The notes beneath the pieces were generated by a model. The model saw only the letters and a list, made by a program, of their open reading frames with translations. It searched no databases and had not been told where the DNA came from. Source: a virus. Taken from it: a DNA stretch of 64,000 nucleotides. The position numbers and the translations under genes were made by a program. The first letter of the stretch is position 1; every line of letters begins with the position of its first letter. The DNA lies in IMG/VR virus record IMGVR_UViG_3300046096_000411, positions 29,363 to 93,362 of that record; one strand, written 5' to 3'. Shown piece by piece: positions 38,788 to 49,117 of this stretch.

Positions 38788-41538
38788 TCAGATCGGGAGC
38801 TCGTCGTCGCGGAGCATCGCCATGGGGATGCCAACACACCGAGCCACAACACCGGGGGCAAACCGCTTGGCCTCGAACCGCTTGGCACCTTTGATCCTCA
38901 GCAGCTGGCCGCGCACGTCATTCTCAAATTGGGTGCCAGCCACCAACTTGCGAAGCGCCGTGCTGCTGTTCTGGAACACCAAGAAGTCCCCCGAGATGTT
39001 CATCCCGTGATCGCGCAGGATGCGCAAAGCCAGCTTGTCATCCAGCACCAGGCCGTCCACCGTCTCGCCACCAGCAACGGCGATCACGGAGCCCACCGAC
39101 ATAGACTCACCCTTGTGCATCACCTTTGCCTCCAGGATGGCGCGCAGGGCCTTCTCGGGGTCGTCAACCTCTCCAGCCTCGGTGAATTCCGACCAGTCGT
39201 AGGACGCGATCATTTCCAGCGCCTGGGCGTGCGTCGCCACGTCTCCGCGCACCAGGCACCACGCACCCGCAAGCATGGTGCCGTACTGATCCCCCATGCG
39301 CTGCGTCTTGAAGTGCTTGGCGGCAGCCTCCACGAAAACAGTGATGTTCATCTGGAGCGCGGGAAGCATGTCGATCCCACGGCGCAGCATCCGACCGGGC
39401 AAGTCCTTGTCGCGCCCGATTTTGTAAAGAGCCTCCTTGATCTTGGCCCACGTTCCAGACGCCCCGGATTCCTCGTCCTGCACCTTCATCAGCGCCAGCT
39501 TTGTGAGCCGGTCTTGGTCGGCCTTGTTTTCGAGCCCAGCCTGGATGGAGGAAAGACAGAACATCGAGCGAATATGGAAGTTCATGCTGTCGCCGCTGAT
39601 GGTGCCCTTCAGGGTTTGAGCAACGGACTCGGTGGAGGCCTGACGGATCAACGCCAAGATCGGTGCCATGCGCCGCTTTTCTGCATCGTCATTCTGCTCA
39701 GTCTCATCGAACAGTACCGGGATTGCGTCGGCTTTCAGCTTCTGGCGAATGCCCGCCTCTGTCGAGTTACCTTGGGCAAACACCTTGGTGTCGCCGACGC
39801 AGGCGGCAACAAATTCATTCAGAATGGTGGACTTCCCTGAGCCGGCGCCACCAGTGAGCCAGATGTGCGGCCGCCACTTGATGGCGCCACACAGAGGGGC
39901 CAAGAACGTCCAACCCGCCAGAAGCGCGGCAGCCCCAGGCTTCGTCCACCGAAACAGCTTTGCCGTATTCAGCAGCTCCAAGCCCTCGGCATCGGACATC
40001 GCCACATCGGATGGCGCCCCGTCGGTCTTTGCCATCTCATAGACGTACCGCGACCGAATCTTGGTGACGTCCGTGGCCACGCCATCGACGTACAGCATTG
40101 AGCCTTGGTGGTAGACAACACGGCCATCGTCATCCCACGCGCCGCGACCGCGAACACGCGCGATGTTGTAGATACCCTTCGTTGCTGCAACCCGGAAAAA
40201 CCAGTTCAAGATGCGCTTGCGCGACATCCCGCCCTTGTCGCCCATGAAGTTCATCTCCCACCATTCCAGCGGGGCCATCATCAGCAGGTTCGCCTCCGAC
40301 AACTCGCTGGGCGAGAAGTGAGATATCTGGCGCTGCTCGTGGATGAACACGAAGAAAATGCCACGGTCGTAGCCCAGAATTGCGAAGTGCGCAGCAGTAT
40401 CAACGGCATCCAGACTTGCGTCGATCTCCGGTGTAGCCCTGGCCGGCTGCGCCGGTTCGTCACTTGTGAGCAGCGTCTCGTTCGATCCACCATCCCACGG
40501 CAGCACATCATCATCCGGCGGCACAGGCACAGGCGCCAAGGCAGCGCCAATGACGCTGGCCACGGCATCCAAGCCCTCGGCAAGGTGCAGGTCGTTGAAG
40601 TCGCCAGACGGCGGCACAGCCACCAAGCCACCGACGGCATCGGCAGCCTTGCGCGCAGCTGTCACGCCAGGATTGCCGGGTGTCCCGGTGTCGTTGTCGG
40701 CGGCGAACAAGATGATGGCGTCAGGCTTTGATGTGCGAACACGCTCAGCCACACGCAACAGATTGGAAGTGTCGAAGCACACCAGCACCAAGTGGCCGGT
40801 CGCAGCGTGCACGCTGGCGCACGTGGCGTAGCCTTCGCCGAGCACGTAGACCACGCGGCCTTCGTGCTGCTGTGGTTTGCCGATGGCGAAGAAGTTGCCA
40901 GCCTTGGCCGCGTCTTTGAAGTAGCGCTTCTTGCCGCCTTCTTCCGGGTCGATGCCTTGAAGGCTCCAGAGCTGGCCCTTGTTGTCCTTGATGGGGATCA
41001 GCAGTGATTGGGTGGTGACGACGAACATCTCGCCGGTATCCGGGTCAACGCGCTCCCATGGACCGATGCGCAGGCCATACGAGGCAACACCCTTGCGGAC
41101 GAGATACGGATGGGTGTCGCACGGAGTCGCTGCGTCCCAAATTTGCTTGGCGCGAACCGCGCGCTCTGCGTGAATCGCTGCATCTTCGGCTGCAGCCTGT
41201 GCCGCACGCTCGGCAGCACGAGCACGGTCGGCGTCAATTTCTGCCTTGGACCGCTTCTTGTTGGTACCAGCATCCACCCAGCCCGACGCTTTAGCGTCAA
41301 AGAACAGGCTGGCAATGGTCAGCTTGCCCGCAGACTTGATCGACCTCCAAACGGACTTGGCCGCGCCAGCGCTGTAGGTGTCGCACTGCGACCCCCACTG
41401 GTCCCAGATTTCAAAGCCGTCGCTGTCAGGAAACTCGCTCTTGATGCAGGTGGCTGCGCGCACCCAAACTTCACGGCTGGCCGGATTGAGATAACTAAGC
41501 GCTGATCGAACGCGCTCAATACTTGTGGCGTCATGCAT
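38788..41538 (-). CDS. DNA primase-helicase (PriCT-2 + Toprim + P-loop)
   Basis: WDQWG (PriCT-2), HPYL..KG, GEGYAT, AADND, DFNDL, GGAGSGKS, VLFDE. Confidence 0.9.
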   Translation of the reverse strand: MHDATSIERVRSALSYLNPASREVWVRAATCIKSEFPDSDGFEIWDQWGSQCDTYSAGAAKSVWRSIKSAGKLTIASLFFDAKASGWVDAGTNKKRSKAEIDADRARAAERAAQAAAEDAAIHAERAVRAKQIWDAATPCDTHPYLVRKGVASYGLRIGPWERVDPDTGEMFVVTTQSLLIPIKDNKGQLWSLQGIDPEEGGKKRYFKDAAKAGNFFAIGKPQQHEGRVVYVLGEGYATCASVHAATGHLVLVCFDTSNLLRVAERVRTSKPDAIILFAADNDTGTPGNPGVTAARKAADAVGGLVAVPPSGDFNDLHLAEGLDAVASVIGAALAPVPVPPDDDVLPWDGGSNETLLTSDEPAQPARATPEIDASLDAVDTAAHFAILGYDRGIFFVFIHEQRQISHFSPSELSEANLLMMAPLEWWEMNFMGDKGGMSRKRILNWFFRVAATKGIYNIARVRGRGAWDDDGRVVYHQGSMLYVDGVATDVTKIRSRYVYEMAKTDGAPSDVAMSDAEGLELLNTAKLFRWTKPGAAALLAGWTFLAPLCGAIKWRPHIWLTGGAGSGKSTILNEFVAACVGDTKVFAQGNSTEAGIRQKLKADAIPVLFDETEQNDDAEKRRMAPILALIRQASTESVAQTLKGTISGDSMNFHIRSMFCLSSIQAGLENKADQDRLTKLALMKVQDEESGASGTWAKIKEALYKIGRDKDLPGRMLRRGIDMLPALQMNITVFVEAAAKHFKTQRMGDQYGTMLAGAWCLVRGDVATHAQALEMIASYDWSEFTEAGEVDDPEKALRAILEAKVMHKGESMSVGSVIAVAGGETVDGLVLDDKLALRILRDHGMNISGDFLVFQNSSTALRKLVAGTQFENDVRGQLLRIKGAKRFEAKRFAPGVVARCVGIPMAMLRDDELPI

Positions 41539-41584
41539 AGACGCCCCTGGTGACTGATGTTGTATTCAAAACCGCACTCCCCAC
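41531..41584 (-). CDS. Putative 17-aa leader peptide overlapping the primase start
   Basis: GGGGAGGA-N4-GTG; its TGA overlaps ATGCATGA. Confidence 0.45.
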   Translation of the reverse strand: MGSAVLNTTSVTRGVYA

Positions 41585-41588
41585 GGAA

Positions 41589-41674
41589 TCCTCCCCGAAA
41601 AATAAAGGTGGGCGGCGCGCACGGGGGGAGGACCATGCGCGCCTTTTCAACCGGTAGCTAACCGGCGTAGCCCA
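41589..41674 (-). ncRNA. Structured leader RNA (three-way junction plus pseudoknot)
   Basis: GGGC/GCCC closing stem, CCGGU hairpin, 11-bp stem whose loop UCCUCCCC is complementary to downstream GGGGAGGA. Confidence 0.6.
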
Positions 41675-41742
41675 AAACAATTGTGGCTGCACGGCGACCG
41701 AGTCGCTGACGTGAAGCCGGTAATTTGTGTGAAGCCAGCATC

Positions 41743-42186
41743 TTACAGCGGATCGGGGCTACTTCCGCGCCGCCATGCTGCAATAATTTCAGACGCCTGC
41801 TCCGGCGAGCTGGCAAACCCAGCAATTCCACCAGCGCGGTGCATCTGCTGCACGAAGTTGATCTGCGCGTCGCGCTTGCGACCGCCTCCGCTGGCCTTGG
41901 TTTCAATGCCGGTGAACACAGGCACGGTGCGCCCGACCATTTCCGGCGTGATGACCACAGGGGTCCAGCCGCACAGGTCGGGCGTGCCCACCACGGGGTC
42001 GCCGTTGGGGAGCGAGAAACCGAGCGCCACGGGGCGACTGCCAGGCGGCAGGACCATGGAGCCATCAGGGAGCCGCCGGGCCTCCCCGTGGCACACCCAT
42101 GCTTTGCCGGTGTTGATGCGGAACAGGCGACTGACCGGCCCGAGGGCCAGCCAGACCTGGCGCATGACGGTGGACTCGGCGGCCAT
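41743..42186 (-). CDS. VRR-NUC (PD-(D/E)XK) nuclease
   Basis: LFRINTG, GTPDLCG, GIETK, QINF...GGIAG. Confidence 0.88.
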   Translation of the reverse strand: MAAESTVMRQVWLALGPVSRLFRINTGKAWVCHGEARRLPDGSMVLPPGSRPVALGFSLPNGDPVVGTPDLCGWTPVVITPEMVGRTVPVFTGIETKASGGGRKRDAQINFVQQMHRAGGIAGFASSPEQASEIIAAWRRGSSPDPL

Positions 42187-42470
42187 TAGCGGGGCATCAC
42201 GCTTGCCGGGGCGTGCTCGGGCGGGGGTGGGGTAGCTACGGCGTCGGCATCCGCCAGCACCTCGATCAGCTTTTGCAGGTGATGCGCGGCCTTCTTGATG
42301 TCTTGGTCGCCACCTTTGGCCCGCTCGCGCGCCAAGTAGGCGATGGCGACACCCTTCTGGTAGCCGCGATACTCTTCTGGCGTGAGCCAGTGCTTCAGGA
42401 CGTCCCATGGTTGGAAGTCGCCCATGTCTTTGTAGTGGGTTCCACCCACTTGGGTTTCAGATGCAGTCAT
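42186..42470 (-). CDS. DUF3310 protein
   Basis: QVGGTHYK...QPWD...YLAR..KGG.QDIKKA. Confidence 0.8.
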   Translation of the reverse strand: MTASETQVGGTHYKDMGDFQPWDVLKHWLTPEEYRGYQKGVAIAYLARERAKGGDQDIKKAAHHLQKLIEVLADADAVATPPPPEHAPASVMPR

Positions 42471-42475
42471 GGCGA

Positions 42476-42949
42476 TCACCACCAGATGCGGCAAGGGGCG
42501 AACGGTATGTCGTCGTCCATTGCCCCGAATCCGCCGCCTGACGGAGCAGGAGCCTGACGCTGCTGCGGTGCCTGCTGACGCTGAGCCGGAGCAGCCGGCG
42601 CGCCAGCACCATCAGGCCGCGCCCCCAGCAGCTGGAAGTCCTGCCCGCGCACCTCGGTGATGGTCTTCTCGGCGCCGTCCTTGTCGGTGTACTTGCGCAC
42701 CGAAAACTCGCCGTTGGCACGCATCTGCGAGCCCTTCTTGGCGTACTGACCAATCAGCTCGGCAGTCTTGCCAAAGAACGAGAACGGCACCCATGTGGTC
42801 TGCTCCTTCATCTCGCCTGAGTTTTTGTCTTTCCACTTCTTGCCAACCGCCAGCGAGATGTTCACCGCCGCGTCGCCGTTTGGCATGTAGCGCACCTCTG
42901 GGTCGCGCCCGAGGCGGCCAATGACCACAACCATATTCAAATCAGCCAT
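42476..42949 (-). CDS. ssb: Single-stranded DNA-binding protein
   Basis: LNMVVVIGRLGRDPEVRY...DDDIPF. Confidence 0.95.
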   Translation of the reverse strand: MADLNMVVVIGRLGRDPEVRYMPNGDAAVNISLAVGKKWKDKNSGEMKEQTTWVPFSFFGKTAELIGQYAKKGSQMRANGEFSVRKYTDKDGAEKTITEVRGQDFQLLGARPDGAGAPAAPAQRQQAPQQRQAPAPSGGGFGAMDDDIPFAPCRIWW

Positions 42950-42976
42950 AAAGAATACCCTTTCTATAACTCACGG

Positions 42977-45643
42977 TTAGAAGGCCCGTGATTTGCCTGA
43001 ATTCTTGCGCTGGCGCGCGTTCCACAAATGAGCAGCCCACCCCCTGGAGTATCCACGCTGAGCCGCGATCTTCTCCAGCTCTTCCAACGTCTTCGCTCCT
43101 GCCACCTCAAACCGCTTCTGGTTCTTCAAAGCCGCCTCCATTTCCGGGGTGATCTCGGCCAGCTCGCCGTCCACGTGCTCAGGGCCCTTGCGGATGCGAC
43201 CGGGGATGGCGTGCCCGCAATTGGGGCAGACGTGCTCCTGGCCAGCGGGCCGGTCCTTGGGGTCGAAGACCGAGTAGCACTGGGGGCACTGCGTAAGGTC
43301 GATCTTGGGCTCGTCGTCCTTCTTCTTGCCCTTCTTCTTCTTGATGCCGTCCAAGTCCCACTCGCGCTCGGCGTCGGCAAAGCCGTGCTTCTGCCAGAGC
43401 CCGCAGTGGTCGATCACAAAGCACTTGCGCCCCTTGGGGCCGGCATCGATGGCCGCGAAGCGCTGCTCCTTGGTGTCCAGCGGCATTCCGGGCGCGAAGA
43501 TGGGGCGCAGGCCGCGCCCGATGGTCTGCAGGTAGGACGACAGGCTCATGGTCAGCCGAAGCAGGATGACGGCACCGATGGCCGGGCAGTCCACGCCCTC
43601 GACCAAGAGCATGGCGAAGGTGATCAGCTTCAGGCGGCCATCAGACAGCATCTTCAAAGCCCGGTCGCGTTCCTCGCTGGTGTTTTCACCGGACAGCGCC
43701 ATGGCAGGGATACCGGCGGCGTTGAACTCGTCGGCCACGTGTCGGGCGTGAGCCACGTTGGTGCACCACGCCACGGCAGGAACACCGGGGCAGATTTTGT
43801 TGTATTCGGCGATGGCGCTGCCGGTGATGACGGGCTTGTCCATCACCTCGGCCATGGCGTCGGCGTCGTAGTCGCCGCCGATCTTCTTCACGCCAGACAA
43901 GTCAATCTGCTGCTTCGAGGCGAACACGGCGGGTTTGACGAGGTAACCTTGGTCGATCAACTCCTTGATGCTGATACCTTGCACCATGGTGTCGAAGCTG
44001 CCACCGGCATGGCGCCCCAGACCCTTGCCGTCCAATCGCACCGGGGAACCCGTCACACCCAGCACGCGAGCCTCTGGCCACGCCGCGAGCACGTCCATGT
44101 ACGACTTGGCAGCGCTGAGGTGGCACTCATCGATGACGATGAGGTCGAAGCCCACGCCCACCGCCTTCATTTTCTCGATGCGGCGCACCAGCGTCTGCAC
44201 GCTGGCCACCTGCACCAGTCGGCGGGCGTTGGGCGTGAACCCGGCCATGATGATGCCGTGCTGCACGCCGTTGTCGTCCAGCTTGCGGCTGGCCTGTTTG
44301 ATGAGCTGGTCGCGGTGCGCCAGGATGAGCACACGGGAGCCTTTCGCGGCCGCCGACTTGGCGATGTAGGAGAAAACGACGGTGTTGTGGGTGACGGTGA
44401 AGTCACCCAGCAGGAACAGTCGATCCGGGCCCGAAATCTCGAATCCGAAGTAATCGTCCACGCCAACCGGGGCCACTGTGATGCCGGTGACAAGGGGGTC
44501 TTTTTTGATCTGGCGCGGCTTGGCCTGCTTTCTCATCAGCCTGCAAGGAACTCGGTCCACGTCGCCGCTGATATTGCATGACCAGTAGGTGCCGACAGCT
44601 CCAGTCGTGGTGGCCGTTTTCTGCACCGAGCGCTTATAGCAAGCGAAACCAAGAGATCGAGCAACAAAGATGAAATCATCGAGCAATACTTCTGACTTCA
44701 GCGTCAGCTGAAAGCCCTTGCCGTCGTAGTGGCCGTCGGTGTCGATGATCCCGGCAAGAAGCTCAAGCCTCACGTTCGCTGGTGCAGTCTTGTAGGCGTG
44801 AGGAACATGCTTGTCCTTAAACACGCCAATAGCCCGCAGCGCGTTGCCAAACGGAGAGCCGCCACGGCCATACTTGTCGCCGTCACTGTTCAAGCGTGCG
44901 GTCACGGAGTTTTCTGAGTTTGGAGACAGCGACACACGCATGCCGACGCATTCGGCGTACAGGGCAAGGTCATCAATGATCTCTTGGTCGCCGCTCGTGA
45001 AGTCCAGCTTCCCAGCTGACCCATCACCAAGCCATGCCCCAAGGACGTACGCAGGAAGCGGCAGAGGAACCCCACACGGAGGGAAGTCAACTGCGGCGCG
45101 CCAACCCTTCGCGCAATGCTTGAAAGTCTTTGATGCCCCCATGTACTGGCGAACATCAATATTGAGAACATCGCCGGTCTTGACCATAGAGCCGTCTGGC
45201 GCGGTCAGGCGCTTTCCATTCATCCCGGTCATTTTCAGGCTGAGGATGTGGCTCTCATTGACCACGTATGGGTCGCCCTTGGTCGGCGTCACGCGATACA
45301 TCGCTTCCCGCCCGCGGGCTAGGGACTCCACGCGGCGTGGAGCGCTGTCCGGCCCCATGAGCAAGTCGCCGACGGCCACGTCCTCAACGGGGCGAACGGT
45401 GCCGTCAAACATCAGGACTGGCGTGCCACGGGCGAGGCATTTGCCGGCACCAGTTGCTGCCACCAGCAGCACGGCCTTGTGCCCGTTGCGGTACTCGATG
45501 CGGACTTGATCCACGAAGTCGTGCTGGTAATCGCGCAGGCTCACAGTCGGTGCAGGCGCGGCAGCCCGAGCCACCGGCGCAGGTACCGGAGCGGCTGCAT
45601 TAAGGGCTGCAGCCAGTCGCCCGGGTTGGTGAAAATCGTTCAT
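42977..45643 (-). CDS. SF2 helicase containing an intein
   Basis: LRDYQ, ATGAGK|T, DECH, TGSP, EGVD, QTIGRGLR. Confidence 0.92.
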   Translation of the reverse strand: MNDFHQPGRLAAALNAAAPVPAPVARAAAPAPTVSLRDYQHDFVDQVRIEYRNGHKAVLLVAATGAGKCLARGTPVLMFDGTVRPVEDVAVGDLLMGPDSAPRRVESLARGREAMYRVTPTKGDPYVVNESHILSLKMTGMNGKRLTAPDGSMVKTGDVLNIDVRQYMGASKTFKHCAKGWRAAVDFPPCGVPLPLPAYVLGAWLGDGSAGKLDFTSGDQEIIDDLALYAECVGMRVSLSPNSENSVTARLNSDGDKYGRGGSPFGNALRAIGVFKDKHVPHAYKTAPANVRLELLAGIIDTDGHYDGKGFQLTLKSEVLLDDFIFVARSLGFACYKRSVQKTATTTGAVGTYWSCNISGDVDRVPCRLMRKQAKPRQIKKDPLVTGITVAPVGVDDYFGFEISGPDRLFLLGDFTVTHNTVVFSYIAKSAAAKGSRVLILAHRDQLIKQASRKLDDNGVQHGIIMAGFTPNARRLVQVASVQTLVRRIEKMKAVGVGFDLIVIDECHLSAAKSYMDVLAAWPEARVLGVTGSPVRLDGKGLGRHAGGSFDTMVQGISIKELIDQGYLVKPAVFASKQQIDLSGVKKIGGDYDADAMAEVMDKPVITGSAIAEYNKICPGVPAVAWCTNVAHARHVADEFNAAGIPAMALSGENTSEERDRALKMLSDGRLKLITFAMLLVEGVDCPAIGAVILLRLTMSLSSYLQTIGRGLRPIFAPGMPLDTKEQRFAAIDAGPKGRKCFVIDHCGLWQKHGFADAEREWDLDGIKKKKGKKKDDEPKIDLTQCPQCYSVFDPKDRPAGQEHVCPNCGHAIPGRIRKGPEHVDGELAEITPEMEAALKNQKRFEVAGAKTLEELEKIAAQRGYSRGWAAHLWNARQRKNSGKSRAF
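44384..45439 (-). mobile_element. Intein (352 aa) with LAGLIDADG endonuclease
   Basis: CLARGT...VTHN|T; LGAWLGDG and LAGIIDTDG; inserted in Walker A. Confidence 0.95.
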
Positions 45644-45693
45644 GAAGTAAATCGCGGCATCAGGAAAAGTCCGCGTTCAATAAGAGTGGAAGA

Positions 45694-46002
45694 TCAGGAC
45701 GGCTGCTCAGCCTCATCAAGGACGACGACACGCATCCCCAGCTCGACGGCCACCTTGTGCTCCAGTCGTGCACCGCGCGAGGCAGTCCAGCCCGGCAGCA
45801 AAGCGATGGTGTCGCAGGTGACGAGCTGAGCCAAGGCCATACGCATGTACGCCGCCCATGTGCCGCAGTCCGGTACCGGATTCTCGGCGGGGTTCTCGAC
45901 GTGCAAACCATTTGCCCGCAGCAGCGCTGCGGCCTTGTGGAAAGCCGGGTAGTTGAAGTCTGGGAGCCCAGACATGGCTCCGGCAATATAAACTCTTTTC
46001 AT
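45694..46002 (-). CDS. DUF4406 / deoxyribosyltransferase-like protein
   Basis: VYIAGAMSGLPDFN, NPAE, LPGW.SRGARLE. Confidence 0.85.
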   Translation of the reverse strand: MKRVYIAGAMSGLPDFNYPAFHKAAALLRANGLHVENPAENPVPDCGTWAAYMRMALAQLVTCDTIALLPGWTASRGARLEHKVAVELGMRVVVLDEAEQPS

Positions 46003-46511
46003 TGTTTGCTTTTTTCAAGGTAATCGGCTGCACATCGAATAATCGCAGGGTCGTCATTGAAGCGGCCAAGACCAACATTGCATTTGAAGCAAAGCAATCC
46101 GCGCACGCATCCAGTCTTGTGGTCATGATCGACGCACAGGCGTTCAGAGCTGGATCGGTTGCACTCGCCTTTGCAGATGGCGCAAACGCCGCCCTGGGCC
46201 GATAGCATTTCATCGAACTGCTGAGGCGTGATGCCATAAGTGTTCTTCAGATGTTTGGCCCAACGCTCTAAATCCGTTAATTCCCATTTTTCGCGTCCAC
46301 TTCGATCCCACCCAGTACCTCTCGCTCTGTCATAAGCGTTGCGCTTTTCCTGATGCTCTACGCGCATGCGGGCGTTGTGCTTGGAGTAGCAGTCTTTGCA
46401 GTAAGACCTGAGACGACCGGACGGCGTCTTATAGAAATCCACAGCCTGCTTGACGGTCGCGCACCCCGAGCAGATTCGCTCGGTTTGAGTTGGCCACCTG
46501 CCGCCACTCAT
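45999..46511 (-). CDS. Endonuclease VII-like homing endonuclease
   Basis: YGIT...QGGVCAIC...VDHDHKTGCVRGLLCFKCN. Confidence 0.9.
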   Translation of the reverse strand: MSGGRWPTQTERICSGCATVKQAVDFYKTPSGRLRSYCKDCYSKHNARMRVEHQEKRNAYDRARGTGWDRSGREKWELTDLERWAKHLKNTYGITPQQFDEMLSAQGGVCAICKGECNRSSSERLCVDHDHKTGCVRGLLCFKCNVGLGRFNDDPAIIRCAADYLEKSKQ

Positions 46512-46738
46512 CAGGCACCCGCAACGGCCGCAGCCTTCTCGGCCTCCAAGCGCGCCACCTCGGCCTCCAGCTCGTCAACCTTGCTGACAGACTGGGGCGC
46601 GCGATAGCGCCAGCGCTCGACCGTGGCGCGGGCGATGCCGGTCTTCTTGCAGACTTGCGTGAAATTGCTCCCCACAGCTTTAGCGCGGGACTCGATAGAT
46701 TGCAGGCGGCTTTGCAGCTCTGCGGCGAAAGTAGACAT
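46511..46738 (-). CDS. Cro/XRE-like HTH regulator
   Basis: FTQVCKKTGIARATVERW; first gene of a divergent operon. Confidence 0.7.
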   Translation of the reverse strand: MSTFAAELQSRLQSIESRAKAVGSNFTQVCKKTGIARATVERWRYRAPQSVSKVDELEAEVARLEAEKAAAVAGA

Positions 46739-46901
46739 GGTTACTCCTAAAAAAGATGACGCAGTTTACATTAAAAACGCTGCATCCCGCAAAAATGTTT
46801 TACAATAAAGCCGTGACGCAGCGGGAAATCCCGGTAATTACAGGGTTTTTACATTGCGGACTACTGACAGATTGTTTCAAAATTTTTGAGAAAGGTGATT
46901 C

Positions 46902-47771
46902 ATGACACAAGCAGCACAGCATCTCTACCCGGACGAGGATGGAGTCCTTCAGCCACATCCCGTTGGACTGGTAGAGTGCGCGAACGACGAGTACCACCGA
47001 GGACCAGGCATCAGTAAGAGCCACCTCGACGCCATCGCCAACGCGAGCCCCAAGCACTACTGGCACAAGTACATCAATCCCGACCGCGAGCGCCAAGAGC
47101 CCACAGCGGCCATGATCATGGGCACGGCGGTGCACTCCGCAGTATTGGAGCCCGACCTCTTCACCAAAGAGGTGATCGAGTCGCCGGACTTCGACCGCCG
47201 CACCAAGGTGGGCAAGGCCGAATACGAAGCCTTCCAGCAGGCGAACAAGGGGCGGATCGTCCTCGCCCCCGAAGACTTCGCCACCTGCCTAGCCATCCGC
47301 GATGCCGTGCACATGCACCCGGTTGCTGCGGGGTTGCTCCAAGGCGGGCGCGCCGAGCAATCGTTCTACGCGGTGGACAAGGAAACCGGCGAGCTCATCA
47401 AGTGCCGCACCGACTACATGCACGACAGCGGCGCGATGATTGTCGACCTGAAAACCACCGAAGACGCCAGCCCCAACGGGTTCGGCAAGTCGGCGGCGAA
47501 CTTCAGGTACCCGATCCAGACCGCCTGGTACAACGGCGTGCTGGATGCCGCATTCGGTGAGCACCCGCAGACGTGGGTGTTCCTCGCGGTCGAGAAGAAG
47601 CCACCCTACGCGGTTGGCATTTACTTCATGGAGCCCGACACGCTGGCCCGGGCTGAGATCGCGGCGCGCCGCGACTTCCTGCGGATTGTCGAACACCGCC
47701 GGTCGGGCGACTGGCCAGATTATGGAGCCACTCCGATGCCGCTGGCCCTGCCGGGCTGGAGCAAGCTGTAA
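46902..47771 (+). CDS. RecE/exonuclease VIII-like PD-(D/E)XK nuclease
   Basis: GISKSHLD, GTAVH, KCRTD, VDLKTT, VEKKPPY. Confidence 0.9.
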   Translation: MTQAAQHLYPDEDGVLQPHPVGLVECANDEYHRGPGISKSHLDAIANASPKHYWHKYINPDRERQEPTAAMIMGTAVHSAVLEPDLFTKEVIESPDFDRRTKVGKAEYEAFQQANKGRIVLAPEDFATCLAIRDAVHMHPVAAGLLQGGRAEQSFYAVDKETGELIKCRTDYMHDSGAMIVDLKTTEDASPNGFGKSAANFRYPIQTAWYNGVLDAAFGEHPQTWVFLAVEKKPPYAVGIYFMEPDTLARAEIAARRDFLRIVEHRRSGDWPDYGATPMPLALPGWSKL

Positions 47772-47797
47772 TTCTTCCACTCACAAACTGAACCACC

Positions 47798-49117
47798 ATG
47801 AAAATCTCGCACATAAAAATCCAGAACATCCTCGGCATTGACCACCTCGAATTCAGCCCCGAGGGCTTCACGCAGATCACCGGGCCCAACGGCCAGGGCA
47901 AGACCAGCGTGCTCGAAGCCATCAAAGCCGCAACAGGGCAAGGCCACGATGGAACCCTGCTGCGCAAGGGAGCCGACAAAGGCGAGGTTGTCCTGATTCT
48001 GGACGACGGCACCGAAATCCAGCAGCGCGTCACGGCCAGCCGCACGACCCGCGACGTGGTGCGCGACGGAAAGAAGGTCACGAAGCCGGGCGACGCCATC
48101 AAAGCGCTGACCGACGCGCTGAGCGTGAACCCGGTTGAGTTCCTGACAGCGCGCCCCAAGGACCGCGTGCAGGTGCTGCTGGAGAGCATGCCCATCGAGC
48201 TGGACGCCGCCAGGCTGTCCCAAGTCTCCGGCCTGCCCGTCACGCCCACCGCCGGCGCCCACGCGCTGGCCATCATCGATCACGTGCGCCAGCAGGTCTA
48301 CGAGGACCGCACTGGTACCAACCGGGCGGTGAAGGAAAAAGACGCGACGATCAACCAGCTGCGCATCGCCATGCCCGACGCGCCGGGTGGCGTCGAGGGT
48401 GACGAAGACAGCCTGCGAGCTCAGGTGCAGGCAGCCAAGGACATGATGCACGTCGAGCACCATCGGATCGACGCGAAGCTGACCGGTGTGCGTGCCGAGA
48501 GCGCCGCACGCCTGCAAAAACTCAAGGACGACGCCCGCGCCCAGATCGACGCCATCCAAGCCGAACTGTCCACCGCCATCGAAGCCGAGCGCGCATCGCT
48601 GGCCGACATTGAAGCCAAGGCTGCCCGCGTGCGCCAGAAGGCAACCGACACGGCCACAGCTACCGCCCAGCCGCTGCAAGCCGCCGTGGCGGCCATCGCA
48701 GCCAACCGCGACGCGGCAGCGAAACGAAAAGCCACCGCCGACACCATCACCATGATGAGCACCGAGCTGGCCGACCTGCAGGCCGACGCCGCGCGCCAGA
48801 CCAAGGCGCTAGACGACATCGATGCCTACAAGGCCGAGCTGCTGGCCAACCTGCCCATCCCCGACTTGGAGGTAGTGGACGGCGAGGTCTACCGCAAAGG
48901 CGTGCCATTCGACCGGCTGAACACCGCACAGCGCGTCGGCATCGCCTTCGAGATCGCCAAGCTGCGCGCAGGCGAATTGAAAGCGGTGTGCCTCGACGGC
49001 TGCGAGCTGCTGGACGAAGAACACCTGAAAGAACTGGAGCGCAACGCCGACGAAAGCGGCATCCAAGTCTTCATCACACGGGTGACTGGAAAAGAATTTG
49101 CGGTAGAAACTAAGTAA
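47798..49117 (+). CDS. SMC/SbcC-like coiled-coil ABC ATPase
   Basis: GPNGQGKTS, coiled coil, LNTAQR, VCLDGCELLD. Confidence 0.85.
   Translation: MKISHIKIQNILGIDHLEFSPEGFTQITGPNGQGKTSVLEAIKAATGQGHDGTLLRKGADKGEVVLILDDGTEIQQRVTASRTTRDVVRDGKKVTKPGDAIKALTDALSVNPVEFLTARPKDRVQVLLESMPIELDAARLSQVSGLPVTPTAGAHALAIIDHVRQQVYEDRTGTNRAVKEKDATINQLRIAMPDAPGGVEGDEDSLRAQVQAAKDMMHVEHHRIDAKLTGVRAESAARLQKLKDDARAQIDAIQAELSTAIEAERASLADIEAKAARVRQKATDTATATAQPLQAAVAAIAANRDAAAKRKATADTITMMSTELADLQADAARQTKALDDIDAYKAELLANLPIPDLEVVDGEVYRKGVPFDRLNTAQRVGIAFEIAKLRAGELKAVCLDGCELLDEEHLKELERNADESGIQVFITRVTGKEFAVETK

Noticed and set aside
43028-44581. Long antisense ORFs (517 aa here; also 7996-9090, 22767-24014, 26142-27338)
   Set aside because: Shadows of real genes in GC-rich DNA; no recognisable motifs
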